Shown piece by piece: positions 56,001-62,853 of a DNA stretch of 62,853 nt (positions are counted from its first letter, which is position 1; the number at the start of each line of letters is the position of its first letter). The notes under the pieces were generated by a model that was given only the letters and a program-made list of their open reading frames with translations, did no database searches and was not told the origin of the DNA. The translations under genes and the position numbers were made by a program. Origin of the DNA: Anaerolineae bacterium (GTDB lineage: Bacteria > Chloroflexota > Anaerolineae > S140-20). The stretch spans positions 1 through 62,853 of the forward strand of contig JALUTT010000018.1 of the NCBI GenBank assembly GCA_027021705.1, read 5' to 3'.

Positions 56001-57001
56001 ATCCCTTGAACACGGACCACTCGGCCAACCTGGCCCGTCTCTACAAGAACTGGGCCGATATGGCAAAGGGGGAGGAGCGGCAGAAGCTTGTCCAGAAATC
56101 CATTGCTGAGTATGAAACGGCGTTGACCCTCAGTCCCAACGCCGCTCATCTGTGGAATGAACTGGCTATTGACTACCTTTACCTGCTAGGAGAGCCGGAA
56201 AAAGCACGAGCGTTGATAGAACACTCTCTCTCCCTGGATGACCGTTTTGACCAAACTTATATGATCCTGGGGGACTTCTACCTGACCGAGGGCAAGACAG
56301 AAGATGCCCTGGCTGCCTACCAGAAGGCTCTGGAAGTCAACCCCCGTCTGACCAACGTCTACCTGAACGTGGCCCGTCTCTATCAGCAGCAGGGGGAGAT
56401 CACCAAGGCGATCCAGACCTACCAGGAGGCCCTGGCGCGCAAGCCCAAGTTCCCCGAGGCTCACTACAGCCTGGGGCAGCTTTACGAGAGCCAAGGAGAG
56501 CGCGAGCAGGCCATTCTGGCCTACCAGCAGGCGGTGGAGCAGGCCCCCAAGCGGGTGGAGTACCGAATCGCCCTGGCCAACTTGCTGGCTCAGGAGGGTC
56601 AGTTCTCCGAAGCTCTCCGGCACGTCCAGGCCGCGCTGGAGCAGGCTCCTGACGATCCGTTGCTCCGCCGCAGCGCCGCTATCCTTCAGGCCCAGATGGG
56701 GCAGTTGGAGCAGGCTATTGCCGAGGGAGAGCGGGCCTACCAGCTCGCCCCTACCGATCCCAGCATCCTGAACCTGCTGGCGGACCTCTACCGTCAGAAG
56801 CTGGCCCTGAATCCCCAGGCGGCCGATGCCTGGAGCACCCACTGGAAGCTGGCCCAGGTCTACCAGGGGCTGGGGCGCTACCAGGATGGGTTGAACGAGG
56901 CGACCACCGCCTACCAGATGGCCCCGCCGGAGCAGCGGCCGGCCCTGGAGCAGCTCATCCAGCAGCTTCAAGGCCAGGCGGAGGCCTCGGGTGGGGGATA
57001 G
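53087..57001 (+). CDS. Large O-antigen ligase/oligosaccharyltransferase-like membrane protein with C-terminal TPRs
   Basis: GSYQRLQG, MGNAIF, SQSRGPWLG, RVLIW, GYGPE, DRSHNETFD; many TM helices; TPR tail. Confidence 0.8.
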   Translation: MSTKLSVWCDKVIEAGWLAALVIAPLFFNVHSSRVFEPDKLTLVRSIAVIMAAAWLVRWAEERSSGKSGGRLNLRTPLVLPTLLLVIAYLISTLFSVTPRVSLWGSYQRLQGTYTTFSYIVIFLLLLEGLRRREQVDRLINTVIVTSLPIAFYGLIQHYAIDPLPWGGDVTKRVAANMGNAIFIAAYLIMAFFLTLGRVVQSFVVILTEEAESSLEATMEILRASAYIFIMLIQVVTIYFSQSRGPWLGWAAGLFAFALFGLLTLRRLAADQGPLTFQDVVEALLTMLGSTILGAGLLMGLFLMAQAVGRMTMNTTMRLMALTMGGIFGGALVILALAAFRRTWKWLWLSWILQTMAVAGFLVVFNLPSTPLEPLREAPYVGRLGKILETETGTGKVRVLIWQGALRLFLPHEPIVYPDGTPDRWNLLRPLIGYGPEAMYVAYNRFYPPDLAHYEARNASPDRSHNETFDALIITGLLGYLAEELLFLSVFYYGLKWLGWIRSRRQRNFYLLFFIGGGVIGVVISVLLGKPYFLGVGAPFGQIAGLILYLIGHALFVRQTEEARDMDRLILILSLLAAVMAHFVEIHFGIAIAATRTYFWAFAGLMVVVGQGMLQDRVAEAPEKVPEPESAAPPKTRRSRRRRRPSAGGPARPRRVGPSAAGWLMPVLAVSLVLGLILATLAYDFITTNAMTPDVRQQTTATEVLRYAFTVLPPGQGRKVQTTSPMVLLMFTLTWLLGGLLFVADMVRQGRFQSREGDLVPAVLILLGSSLALGLGFALYDAGLQASIARTILPQQDPAMAIRMLVQVAGRVGSLLTGFYLFVGLYLAAMGAVLVAERRTPPLVAQPWGLAIFIPALLVALVVVAQTNLRVIQADIYYKQGEPWNRSGQWDAALAHFKQAIRLAPNEDFYYLWTGSAFLEKSKQAPTDYRILPDSPTLSAVLDLSIEDTGRLSRVDLLVAAETVLKRAREINPLNTDHSANLARLYKNWADMAKGEERQKLVQKSIAEYETALTLSPNAAHLWNELAIDYLYLLGEPEKARALIEHSLSLDDRFDQTYMILGDFYLTEGKTEDALAAYQKALEVNPRLTNVYLNVARLYQQQGEITKAIQTYQEALARKPKFPEAHYSLGQLYESQGEREQAILAYQQAVEQAPKRVEYRIALANLLAQEGQFSEALRHVQAALEQAPDDPLLRRSAAILQAQMGQLEQAIAEGERAYQLAPTDPSILNLLADLYRQKLALNPQAADAWSTHWKLAQVYQGLGRYQDGLNEATTAYQMAPPEQRPALEQLIQQLQGQAEASGGG

Positions 57002-57025
57002 CTTACTGCATTGGAGGGGAAGCCG

Positions 57026-57544
57026 GTGCATCGCCCGGATTTGGACACCACGGCCCTAAACGAAACCTACAAGGAACTGGCTCTCGCCTACACAGAGGCC
57101 CTGAAGGACCACCTGGGAGATGACCTGGTTGCCGTTGTCCTCTTTGGATCGGTGGCACGCGGGGAGGCCGGCCCCCAGTCCGACATTGACCTGCTGGTCA
57201 TTGCCTCCAACTTGCCCGAGGGTCGGCTAGCCCGGCATCGCTGCCTGGAGAAGGCCGACGCCGCGCTGGACGCGCGGTTGCGGGACCTGCGCCGGCAAGG
57301 CATCCTGACCGACTTCTCCCCGCTGCTGAAAACCCCCGAAGAAGCCGCCCGCTTGACGCCCCTTTACTTCGACCTGGTGGAGGACGCCTTGATTCTCTAC
57401 GAGCGGGAGGGCTTCTTCTCCGCCGTCTTGGAGCGCCTTCGGGCCTCCTTCCAGCGCCTTGGAGCCCGTCGGATCCAACGGGGCAGGATACGTTACTGGG
57501 AACTCAAGCCCGATTACATCTACGGTGAGGTTTTCGAGATATGA
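57026..57544 (+). CDS. Nucleotidyltransferase (MNT antitoxin), orphan
   Basis: VVLFGSVARGE..SDIDLL; C-terminal RYWELKPD..GEVFEI. Confidence 0.85.
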   Translation: MHRPDLDTTALNETYKELALAYTEALKDHLGDDLVAVVLFGSVARGEAGPQSDIDLLVIASNLPEGRLARHRCLEKADAALDARLRDLRRQGILTDFSPLLKTPEEAARLTPLYFDLVEDALILYEREGFFSAVLERLRASFQRLGARRIQRGRIRYWELKPDYIYGEVFEI

Positions 57545-57568
57545 CCAACTGAGCAGGAGTGAGGACCG

Positions 57569-58579
57569 ATGACGACGACGATGTTGATCTTTGCTGGTGC
57601 GTTGATCCTGGCGATCGGTGGAACCCCGTTGGCCCGCTACTTGGCCCCCTACCTGGGAGTGATAGATCAGCCCTCTCAACGCAAGATGCACACCCGCCCG
57701 ATGCCCCGGCTGGGTGGGATGGCGATCTACCTGACGGTGATGGCTGCAGCGTTGGTCTTGCGAACGCGCTACAACATCCACCAGTTGGTCAGCATCCTGC
57801 TGGGAGCCAGTTGGGTCTCCTTCCTGGGTGTCTGGGACGACCGATGGGGGTTGCGACCGCTGCTCAAGCTGGTGGGGCAGATCGCCGGTGCCCTCTTCCT
57901 CGTCCTCAGCGGCGTTCAGGTCAACCTGCCCCTGACCCCGCCCTGGGCCGATGTCCTGGTCACCGTCCTCTGGCTGGTTGGGATCACCAATGCCTTCAAC
58001 CTGCTGGACAATATGGACGGTCTGTCGGGAGGGGTGGCGGCCATTGCCGCCGCCTTCTTCGTTCTGCTCACTGCCTTTAGCGGGCAGTACCTGGTCGGGG
58101 CGCTCTCGGCCGCCGTCCTGGGGGCCTGCTTGGGCTTTTTGATCTACAACTTCAACCCCGCCAGCATCTTCATGGGGGACAGCGGCAGCCTCTTCCTGGG
58201 CTTCCTGTTGGCGGCCATTGGCATCAAACTTCGCTTTCCCGACAACGTCACCTTCGTCACCTGGATGGTACCGGTGTTGGTCCTGGGGCTCCCCATCTTC
58301 GACACCACGCTGGTCATCGTCTCCCGGCTGCGCCGGGGGCTCAATCCGCTGACCACGCCGGGCAAGGACCACGTCTCCCACCGGTTGGTGATGGCGGGGC
58401 TCACCCAACGGGAGGCGGTGCTGACCCTCTACCTGATCAGCGGCGCTCTGGGCGTGCTGGCCATCTTCGTGACCCAGGCGAGCATCCTGGAGGGGTATGC
58501 CGTTGGAGGCACTGTCGCCCTTGCCGGGTTGATTGCGTTGTGGAAACTGGAGCAGGTCTACAACAGGGAGAGAGGTTAG
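57569..58579 (+). CDS. wecA: Undecaprenyl-phosphate alpha-GlcNAc-1-phosphate transferase (WecA/TagO)
   Basis: PRLGG, GVWDD, NAFNLLDNMDGL, NFNPASIFMGDSGS, DHVSHRL. Confidence 0.9.
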   Translation: MTTTMLIFAGALILAIGGTPLARYLAPYLGVIDQPSQRKMHTRPMPRLGGMAIYLTVMAAALVLRTRYNIHQLVSILLGASWVSFLGVWDDRWGLRPLLKLVGQIAGALFLVLSGVQVNLPLTPPWADVLVTVLWLVGITNAFNLLDNMDGLSGGVAAIAAAFFVLLTAFSGQYLVGALSAAVLGACLGFLIYNFNPASIFMGDSGSLFLGFLLAAIGIKLRFPDNVTFVTWMVPVLVLGLPIFDTTLVIVSRLRRGLNPLTTPGKDHVSHRLVMAGLTQREAVLTLYLISGALGVLAIFVTQASILEGYAVGGTVALAGLIALWKLEQVYNRERG

Positions 58580-59917
58580 ATGGCAGAAGGGACGGAGCGC
58601 ATTCGGGTTGCTGTGATCGGACTGGGCTACGTAGGGTTGCCTCTGGCGACAGCTCTGGCCGCCGTTGGTCACACCGTCGTAGGCGTTGACGTGAACGCCG
58701 AGCGGGTGCGTCAGATCAACCAGGGCCAGAACTACATCCCTGACGTATCGGACGAGGAACTGGCCGAGTTGGTGGCGGTTGGTCGGCTGCGGGCCACCAC
58801 CGACTACGATGCCCTGCGGGAGGTCGAGGCCATCTTCATCTGCGTCCCCACCCCCCTCGACGCAATGCGGGCCCCGGACCTCTCCTACATCGTCAAAGCC
58901 TCCGAGGGCATCGCCCGGAGGTTGCAACCCGGCCACTTGGTCATCCTCCAGAGCACCACCTATCCGGGCACCACCGAGGAGGTCGTCCTCCCCATCCTGG
59001 AGCGCTCGGGGCTCAAGGCCGGCGTGGACTTCAACCTGGCCTTCTCGCCGGAGCGGCTCGATCCCGGACAGACGGGGAGCAAGGGGTGGAATGTCGCCAA
59101 CACCCCCAAGGTCGTCGGTGGCCTCACCCCCCAGTGCACCGAGCGAGCAGCGGACCTTCTGGCCAGCCTGGGTGCACCGGTGCACCTGGTCTCCGCGCCC
59201 CGGGTGGCCGAGATGACCAAGATGCTGGAGAACATCTACCGCAGCGTCAACATCGCCTTGGTGAACGAACTGGCTCTGCTGGCCGAACGGATGCAGATTG
59301 ACTTTTGGGAGGTCATCGAAGCGGCCAGGACCAAGCCCTTCGGCTTCATGCCCTTCTATCCAGGGGCCGGCGTTGGAGGACACTGCATTCCTGTGGATCC
59401 TTACTACCTCTCCTGGAAGGCCCGGGAGTACGACTTCTACACCAAGTTTATCGAGCTGGCCGCCGAAGTGAACCAGGCCATGCCCTTTCACGTGGTCGAG
59501 TTGATCGGCCAGGGGCTGGGACGACGGGGGCGGGCCCTGCGCGATGCCCGGGTCTTGGTCGTGGGAGTGGCCTTCAAAGCTGACGTAGACGACGCCCGCA
59601 ACTCCCCTGCTCAACGGGTGATGGAACTGCTCCTGACCCGGGGGGCCCACGTGGCCTACCACGATCCCTACGTGCCCCAGTTCTCCATCGGGGGAAATGT
59701 CTTCTACCGTGAGAAGCGCACCTTTCAGAGCTTGCCTTTGACCGACCAGGTGATCCGACAGCAGGACTGCGTGGTCATCGTGACCGGTCACCACAGTGTG
59801 GACTACGGTCGGATCGTTCGCTGGGCTCCTCTGGTGGTGGACAGTTGCAATGCCACCGCCCGGGTCCGCAACGGGCGGGAGAAGATCATCCGTCTGGGCA
59901 CAGCCCTGCCCCGTTAA
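58580..59917 (+). CDS. UDP-N-acetyl-hexosamine dehydrogenase (WbpA/WecC family)
   Basis: GLGYVG, CVPTP, STTYPGTT, SPER, ENIYRSVN, GGHCIPVDP. Confidence 0.92.
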   Translation: MAEGTERIRVAVIGLGYVGLPLATALAAVGHTVVGVDVNAERVRQINQGQNYIPDVSDEELAELVAVGRLRATTDYDALREVEAIFICVPTPLDAMRAPDLSYIVKASEGIARRLQPGHLVILQSTTYPGTTEEVVLPILERSGLKAGVDFNLAFSPERLDPGQTGSKGWNVANTPKVVGGLTPQCTERAADLLASLGAPVHLVSAPRVAEMTKMLENIYRSVNIALVNELALLAERMQIDFWEVIEAARTKPFGFMPFYPGAGVGGHCIPVDPYYLSWKAREYDFYTKFIELAAEVNQAMPFHVVELIGQGLGRRGRALRDARVLVVGVAFKADVDDARNSPAQRVMELLLTRGAHVAYHDPYVPQFSIGGNVFYREKRTFQSLPLTDQVIRQQDCVVIVTGHHSVDYGRIVRWAPLVVDSCNATARVRNGREKIIRLGTALPR

Positions 59918-59994
59918 ACACCGCAACCGCTTCAACGGCGGAAGACGTGGAAGGGCCTGCGTGCTATGCCTGTGGGGAGGAGGGCAGGCCAGGG

Positions 59995-60558
59995 ATGAGT
60001 GGTTGGGAGGAGAGAGGGGTGCTTAGCCCTGCTGGGAGGCGAAGGCGGGCGTTGGGGCCGATCCTGTTGGCCCTTTTCATCTCTCTGTTGGTCTTCTGGC
60101 TCGTCGCCCGGCAGCGGACCCGGGTCCAAGAGGTCGCCACCTACGGCTACCTGGGGGCCTTCATTGTAGGGTTTCTGGGCAACGCCACGGTGATCCTGCC
60201 GGCACCCAGCCTAGGGGTCACCTTTGTCCTGGGCGGTGCGTTGAATCCCTTCCTCCTCGCCATTGTCGTCGGATTGGGGGAGGCGCTGGGGGAGCTCACC
60301 GGCTACCTGGCCGGCGTGGGGGGCAAGGTGATCGTAGAGGACCGGCAGCGGTACGCCCAGGCCCGCGACTTGGTCCACCGCTACGGCTGGCGCATCCTGC
60401 TGGTCCTGGCCGCCATCCCCAACCCCTTCTTCGACGTGGCGGGCATCGTCGCCGGCGCTACCCGCTACCCGATGTGGAAGTTTCTCCTGGCCTGCTGGGG
60501 GGGGAAGGCGATTAAAGCCTTCCTCTTCGCCGGCATCGGTCGTCAGCTCCTCCGGTGA
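59995..60558 (+). CDS. VTT/DedA (SNARE-associated) membrane protein
   Basis: NATVILPAP, GELTGYLAG, IPNPFFDVAG. Confidence 0.8.
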   Translation: MSGWEERGVLSPAGRRRRALGPILLALFISLLVFWLVARQRTRVQEVATYGYLGAFIVGFLGNATVILPAPSLGVTFVLGGALNPFLLAIVVGLGEALGELTGYLAGVGGKVIVEDRQRYAQARDLVHRYGWRILLVLAAIPNPFFDVAGIVAGATRYPMWKFLLACWGGKAIKAFLFAGIGRQLLR

Positions 60559-60599
60559 GCGGAGAGGTAGGGCAATTTGACAAACTGCCTCCCACAGTT

Positions 60600-60756
60600 C
60601 TGCGGTGATTACCCACAAGTGAGCGAGAGGGTGGTCCGTAACAGGCCGTCCACGAATTTCGCACAAATGCACGAATGAGGCGGTCCTTAATTCGTGTATT
60701 CGTGCCCCATTCGTGGACGGCTAGTCTCCCTATCTCCAAAGATATGGGTAATCACC
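60600..60756. mobile_element. MITE-like element with GGTGATTACCCA / TGGGTAATCACC ends and internal CACGAAT/ATTCGTG inverted repeats
   Basis: Terminal inverted repeats visible; left 68 bp duplicated at 6250-6317; end motif also at 51231-51244. Confidence 0.6.
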
Positions 60757-60769
60757 ACACAGTCCTTGG

Positions 60770-60798
60770 TTGACGGGGGCGGGGGGATGTGGTATACT
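60770..60798 (+). promoter_or_regulatory. valS promoter
   Basis: TTGACG-17 bp-TATACT with extended TG. Confidence 0.75.
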
Positions 60799-60857
60799 TC
60801 CCGCCAACATCGCGCCGACCCGGTGTTGCTGCGAATTTCCCAAGTCGCTCTGAGAGC

Positions 60858-61135
60858 AAAGACGAGGAACAGGAGGAGTAGGCGGGCCAGGTCCGGGCGA
60901 ACCGGTCGCCGACCGGGCAGAGAAAGGGGTCACCGGCTGCAAGCCCCTGCCGCACCACCCGCCGAAGGTCGCCTGGGAGTCGGCTGGTCGAAAGCTCAGT
61001 AGGCCAGCCCGGGAGCGCCCGTTATCGCGCCAGAGGGCGGCGGTCTCAGGCCCTGCCATCACCGCCTGCAACCGCCGAACCAGGGTGGTACCGCGGAAGG
61101 GAGCCCCTTTCGTCCTTGGACGGAAGGGGTTTTTG
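60858..61135 (+). promoter_or_regulatory. T-box riboswitch leader (Val)
   Basis: AGTA and AGAGA/GCTG stem I motifs; probable GTC specifier (60968-60970); T-box AACCAGGGTGGTACCGCG (61078-61095); terminator 61103-61135. Confidence 0.9.
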
Positions 61136-61180
61136 CGTGAGCGATTCAGAAACTCAAAGGTGCTGGTGGAGGAGGGTGTT

Positions 61181-62853
61181 ATGGCCGAGTCGGAAATGCC
61201 CAAGACCTACGACTTCAAGGGCACGGAGTGGCGGATTTACCAGTGGTGGGAGGAGCAGGGTTGGTTCAAGCCGGAGGTCCATCCCGACGCCGAACCCTTC
61301 GTCATCTCCATCCCCCCGCCCAACGTGACGGGGGAGCTCCACCTGGGCCACGCGATGTTCGTCGCCCTGGAGGACCTGATGATCCGCTACCACCGGATGC
61401 GGGGGTACGCGGCCCTCTGGGTGCCGGGCACCGACCACGCCGGCATCGCCACCCAGCTCCAGGTGGAAAAGGCCCTGGAGGCCGAGGGGCTCACTCGAGA
61501 GGACCTGGGGCGGGAAGCCTTCCTGAAGCGCGTCTGGGCGTGGAAGGAGAAGTACGGCGGGCACATCGTCCGGCAACTCCGCCGCCTGGGAGCCTCCTGC
61601 GACTGGGATCGGGAGCGCTTCACCCTGGACCCCGGCCTCTCCCGGGCGGTGCGCGAAGCCTTCGTCCGCCTCTACCGGATGGGCCTCATCTACCGAGGGG
61701 AATACCTGATCAACTGGTCCCCGGGGCTCCAGACGGCCGTCTCCGACCTGGAGGTGGAGTACAGCGAGGAGGAGGGCACCCTTTACTACTTCAAGTACCC
61801 GTTGGCCGGGAAGCCGGACCAGTACATCCCCGTCGCCACCACGCGCCCGGAGACGATCCTGGGCGACACCGCCGTCGCCGTCCATCCCGATGATGAGCGC
61901 TACCGCCACCTCATCGGCGAGACCTGTCTGGTGCCCATCCTCAACCGGCCCATCCCGGTCATCGCCGACCCGGCGGTGGATATGGAGTTCGGCACCGGCG
62001 CTCTCAAGATCACCCCGGGCCACGACCCCACCGACTTCGAGATCGGTCGGCGTCACGGGCTGCCCGTCGTCAACGTGATGAACCCCGACGCGACGATGAA
62101 CGAGAACGCCGGCCCTTACGCCGGCCTGGACCGCTTCGAGTGCCGCCGGCGGCTGTGGGAGGACATGGAGCGGGCCGGACTGACCATCAAGACCGAGCCC
62201 TACCGCATCACCATCCCCCGCTCCCAGCGGGGTGGCGAGATCATCGAGCCGATGGTGAGCACCCAGTGGTTCGTCCGTATGAAGCCCCTGGCCGAGCTGG
62301 GGCTGGAGGCGGTGCGCAGCGGTCGCATCCGCATCGTCCCGGAGCGGTTCACCAAGGTCTACTACAACTGGCTGGAGAACATCCGGGACTGGTGCATCAG
62401 CCGCCAGCTCTGGTGGGGCCACCGCATCCCCGTCTGGTACTGCGCCGACTGCGGCGGGCAAACGGTGACGATGGAAGACCCGGACCGCTGCGCCCACTGC
62501 GGCAGTCCCCGCATCGAGCAGGACCCGGACGTGCTGGACACTTGGTTCAGCTCCGCCCTCTGGCCCTTCTCCACCCTGGGCTGGCCCGACGACACGCCCG
62601 ATCTGCGCCGCTACTACCCCACCGACGTGATGGAGACGGGGTACGACATCCTCTTCTTCTGGGTGGCACGGATGATCATGACCGGCCTGCTCTTCACCAA
62701 CGACGTGCCCTTCCACACCGTCTACCTGCACGGCCTGGTGCGGGACGACCGGGGGCGTAAGATGTCCAAGACAACGGGCAACGTGGTGGACCCCCTCTGG
62801 CTCCTGGACGGGGCAGGGCCGGAGCAGCTGCCCGAGTACGTCCGTTCCCAGTA
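61181..62853 (+). CDS. valS: Valine--tRNA ligase (partial, runs off the window)
   Basis: PKTYD, PPPNVTGELHLGH, GTDHAGIATQ, DWCISRQLWWGH, DTWFSS, KMSK; GGAGG RBS. Confidence 0.97.
   Translation, partial: MAESEMPKTYDFKGTEWRIYQWWEEQGWFKPEVHPDAEPFVISIPPPNVTGELHLGHAMFVALEDLMIRYHRMRGYAALWVPGTDHAGIATQLQVEKALEAEGLTREDLGREAFLKRVWAWKEKYGGHIVRQLRRLGASCDWDRERFTLDPGLSRAVREAFVRLYRMGLIYRGEYLINWSPGLQTAVSDLEVEYSEEEGTLYYFKYPLAGKPDQYIPVATTRPETILGDTAVAVHPDDERYRHLIGETCLVPILNRPIPVIADPAVDMEFGTGALKITPGHDPTDFEIGRRHGLPVVNVMNPDATMNENAGPYAGLDRFECRRRLWEDMERAGLTIKTEPYRITIPRSQRGGEIIEPMVSTQWFVRMKPLAELGLEAVRSGRIRIVPERFTKVYYNWLENIRDWCISRQLWWGHRIPVWYCADCGGQTVTMEDPDRCAHCGSPRIEQDPDVLDTWFSSALWPFSTLGWPDDTPDLRRYYPTDVMETGYDILFFWVARMIMTGLLFTNDVPFHTVYLHGLVRDDRGRKMSKTTGNVVDPLWLLDGAGPEQLPEYVRSQ

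Noticed and set aside
57227..59935. 902 aa minus-strand ORF, and similar long antisense ORFs (26961-29345, 19736-21520, 32804-34318, 61154-62731)
   Set aside because: Shadow ORFs of high-GC genes on the opposite strand; no recognisable motifs
62439..62502. CxxC pairs in valS as heme sites
   Set aside because: Zinc-knuckle CADC/CAHC of ValRS, not CxxCH

Overview
High-GC bacterial window, most likely Chloroflexota (Anaerolineae-like). The basis is the C-terminal YLPLVxR/K tails on surface proteins, Pro/Thr linkers and a T-box-controlled valS; the taxon is inferred. The centrepiece is a co-oriented ~20 kb cluster (6453-26985) that looks like an extracellular electron transfer / cytochrome nanowire system with no outer-membrane porin. 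In order it encodes a diheme-c sensor kinase, a NarL-type regulator, a pseudo-receiver, a split CbcL-like pair (decaheme cytochrome c plus cytochrome b), an ImcH-like NapC/NirT cytochrome, membrane-anchored TPR and NHL proteins, three tandem OmcS-like cytochromes (6, 7 and 7 hemes), a subtilase-octaheme cytochrome fusion and a CSLREA/cohesin adhesin, about 50 heme motifs in total. Surface-glycan genes (1-6185 and 47888-60558) are interleaved with intact, fused and decayed MNT/HEPN modules. The middle holds housekeeping genes (tsaE-tsaB-rimI, lgt, cca, mshA-like), a GmrSD-like nuclease and a ~240 nt structured ncRNA candidate. Several 7/8-mer tandem arrays and two families of MITE-like repeats are scattered through the window. 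It ends in a T-box and a partial valS. All family calls come from motif recognition by eye; no searches were run.
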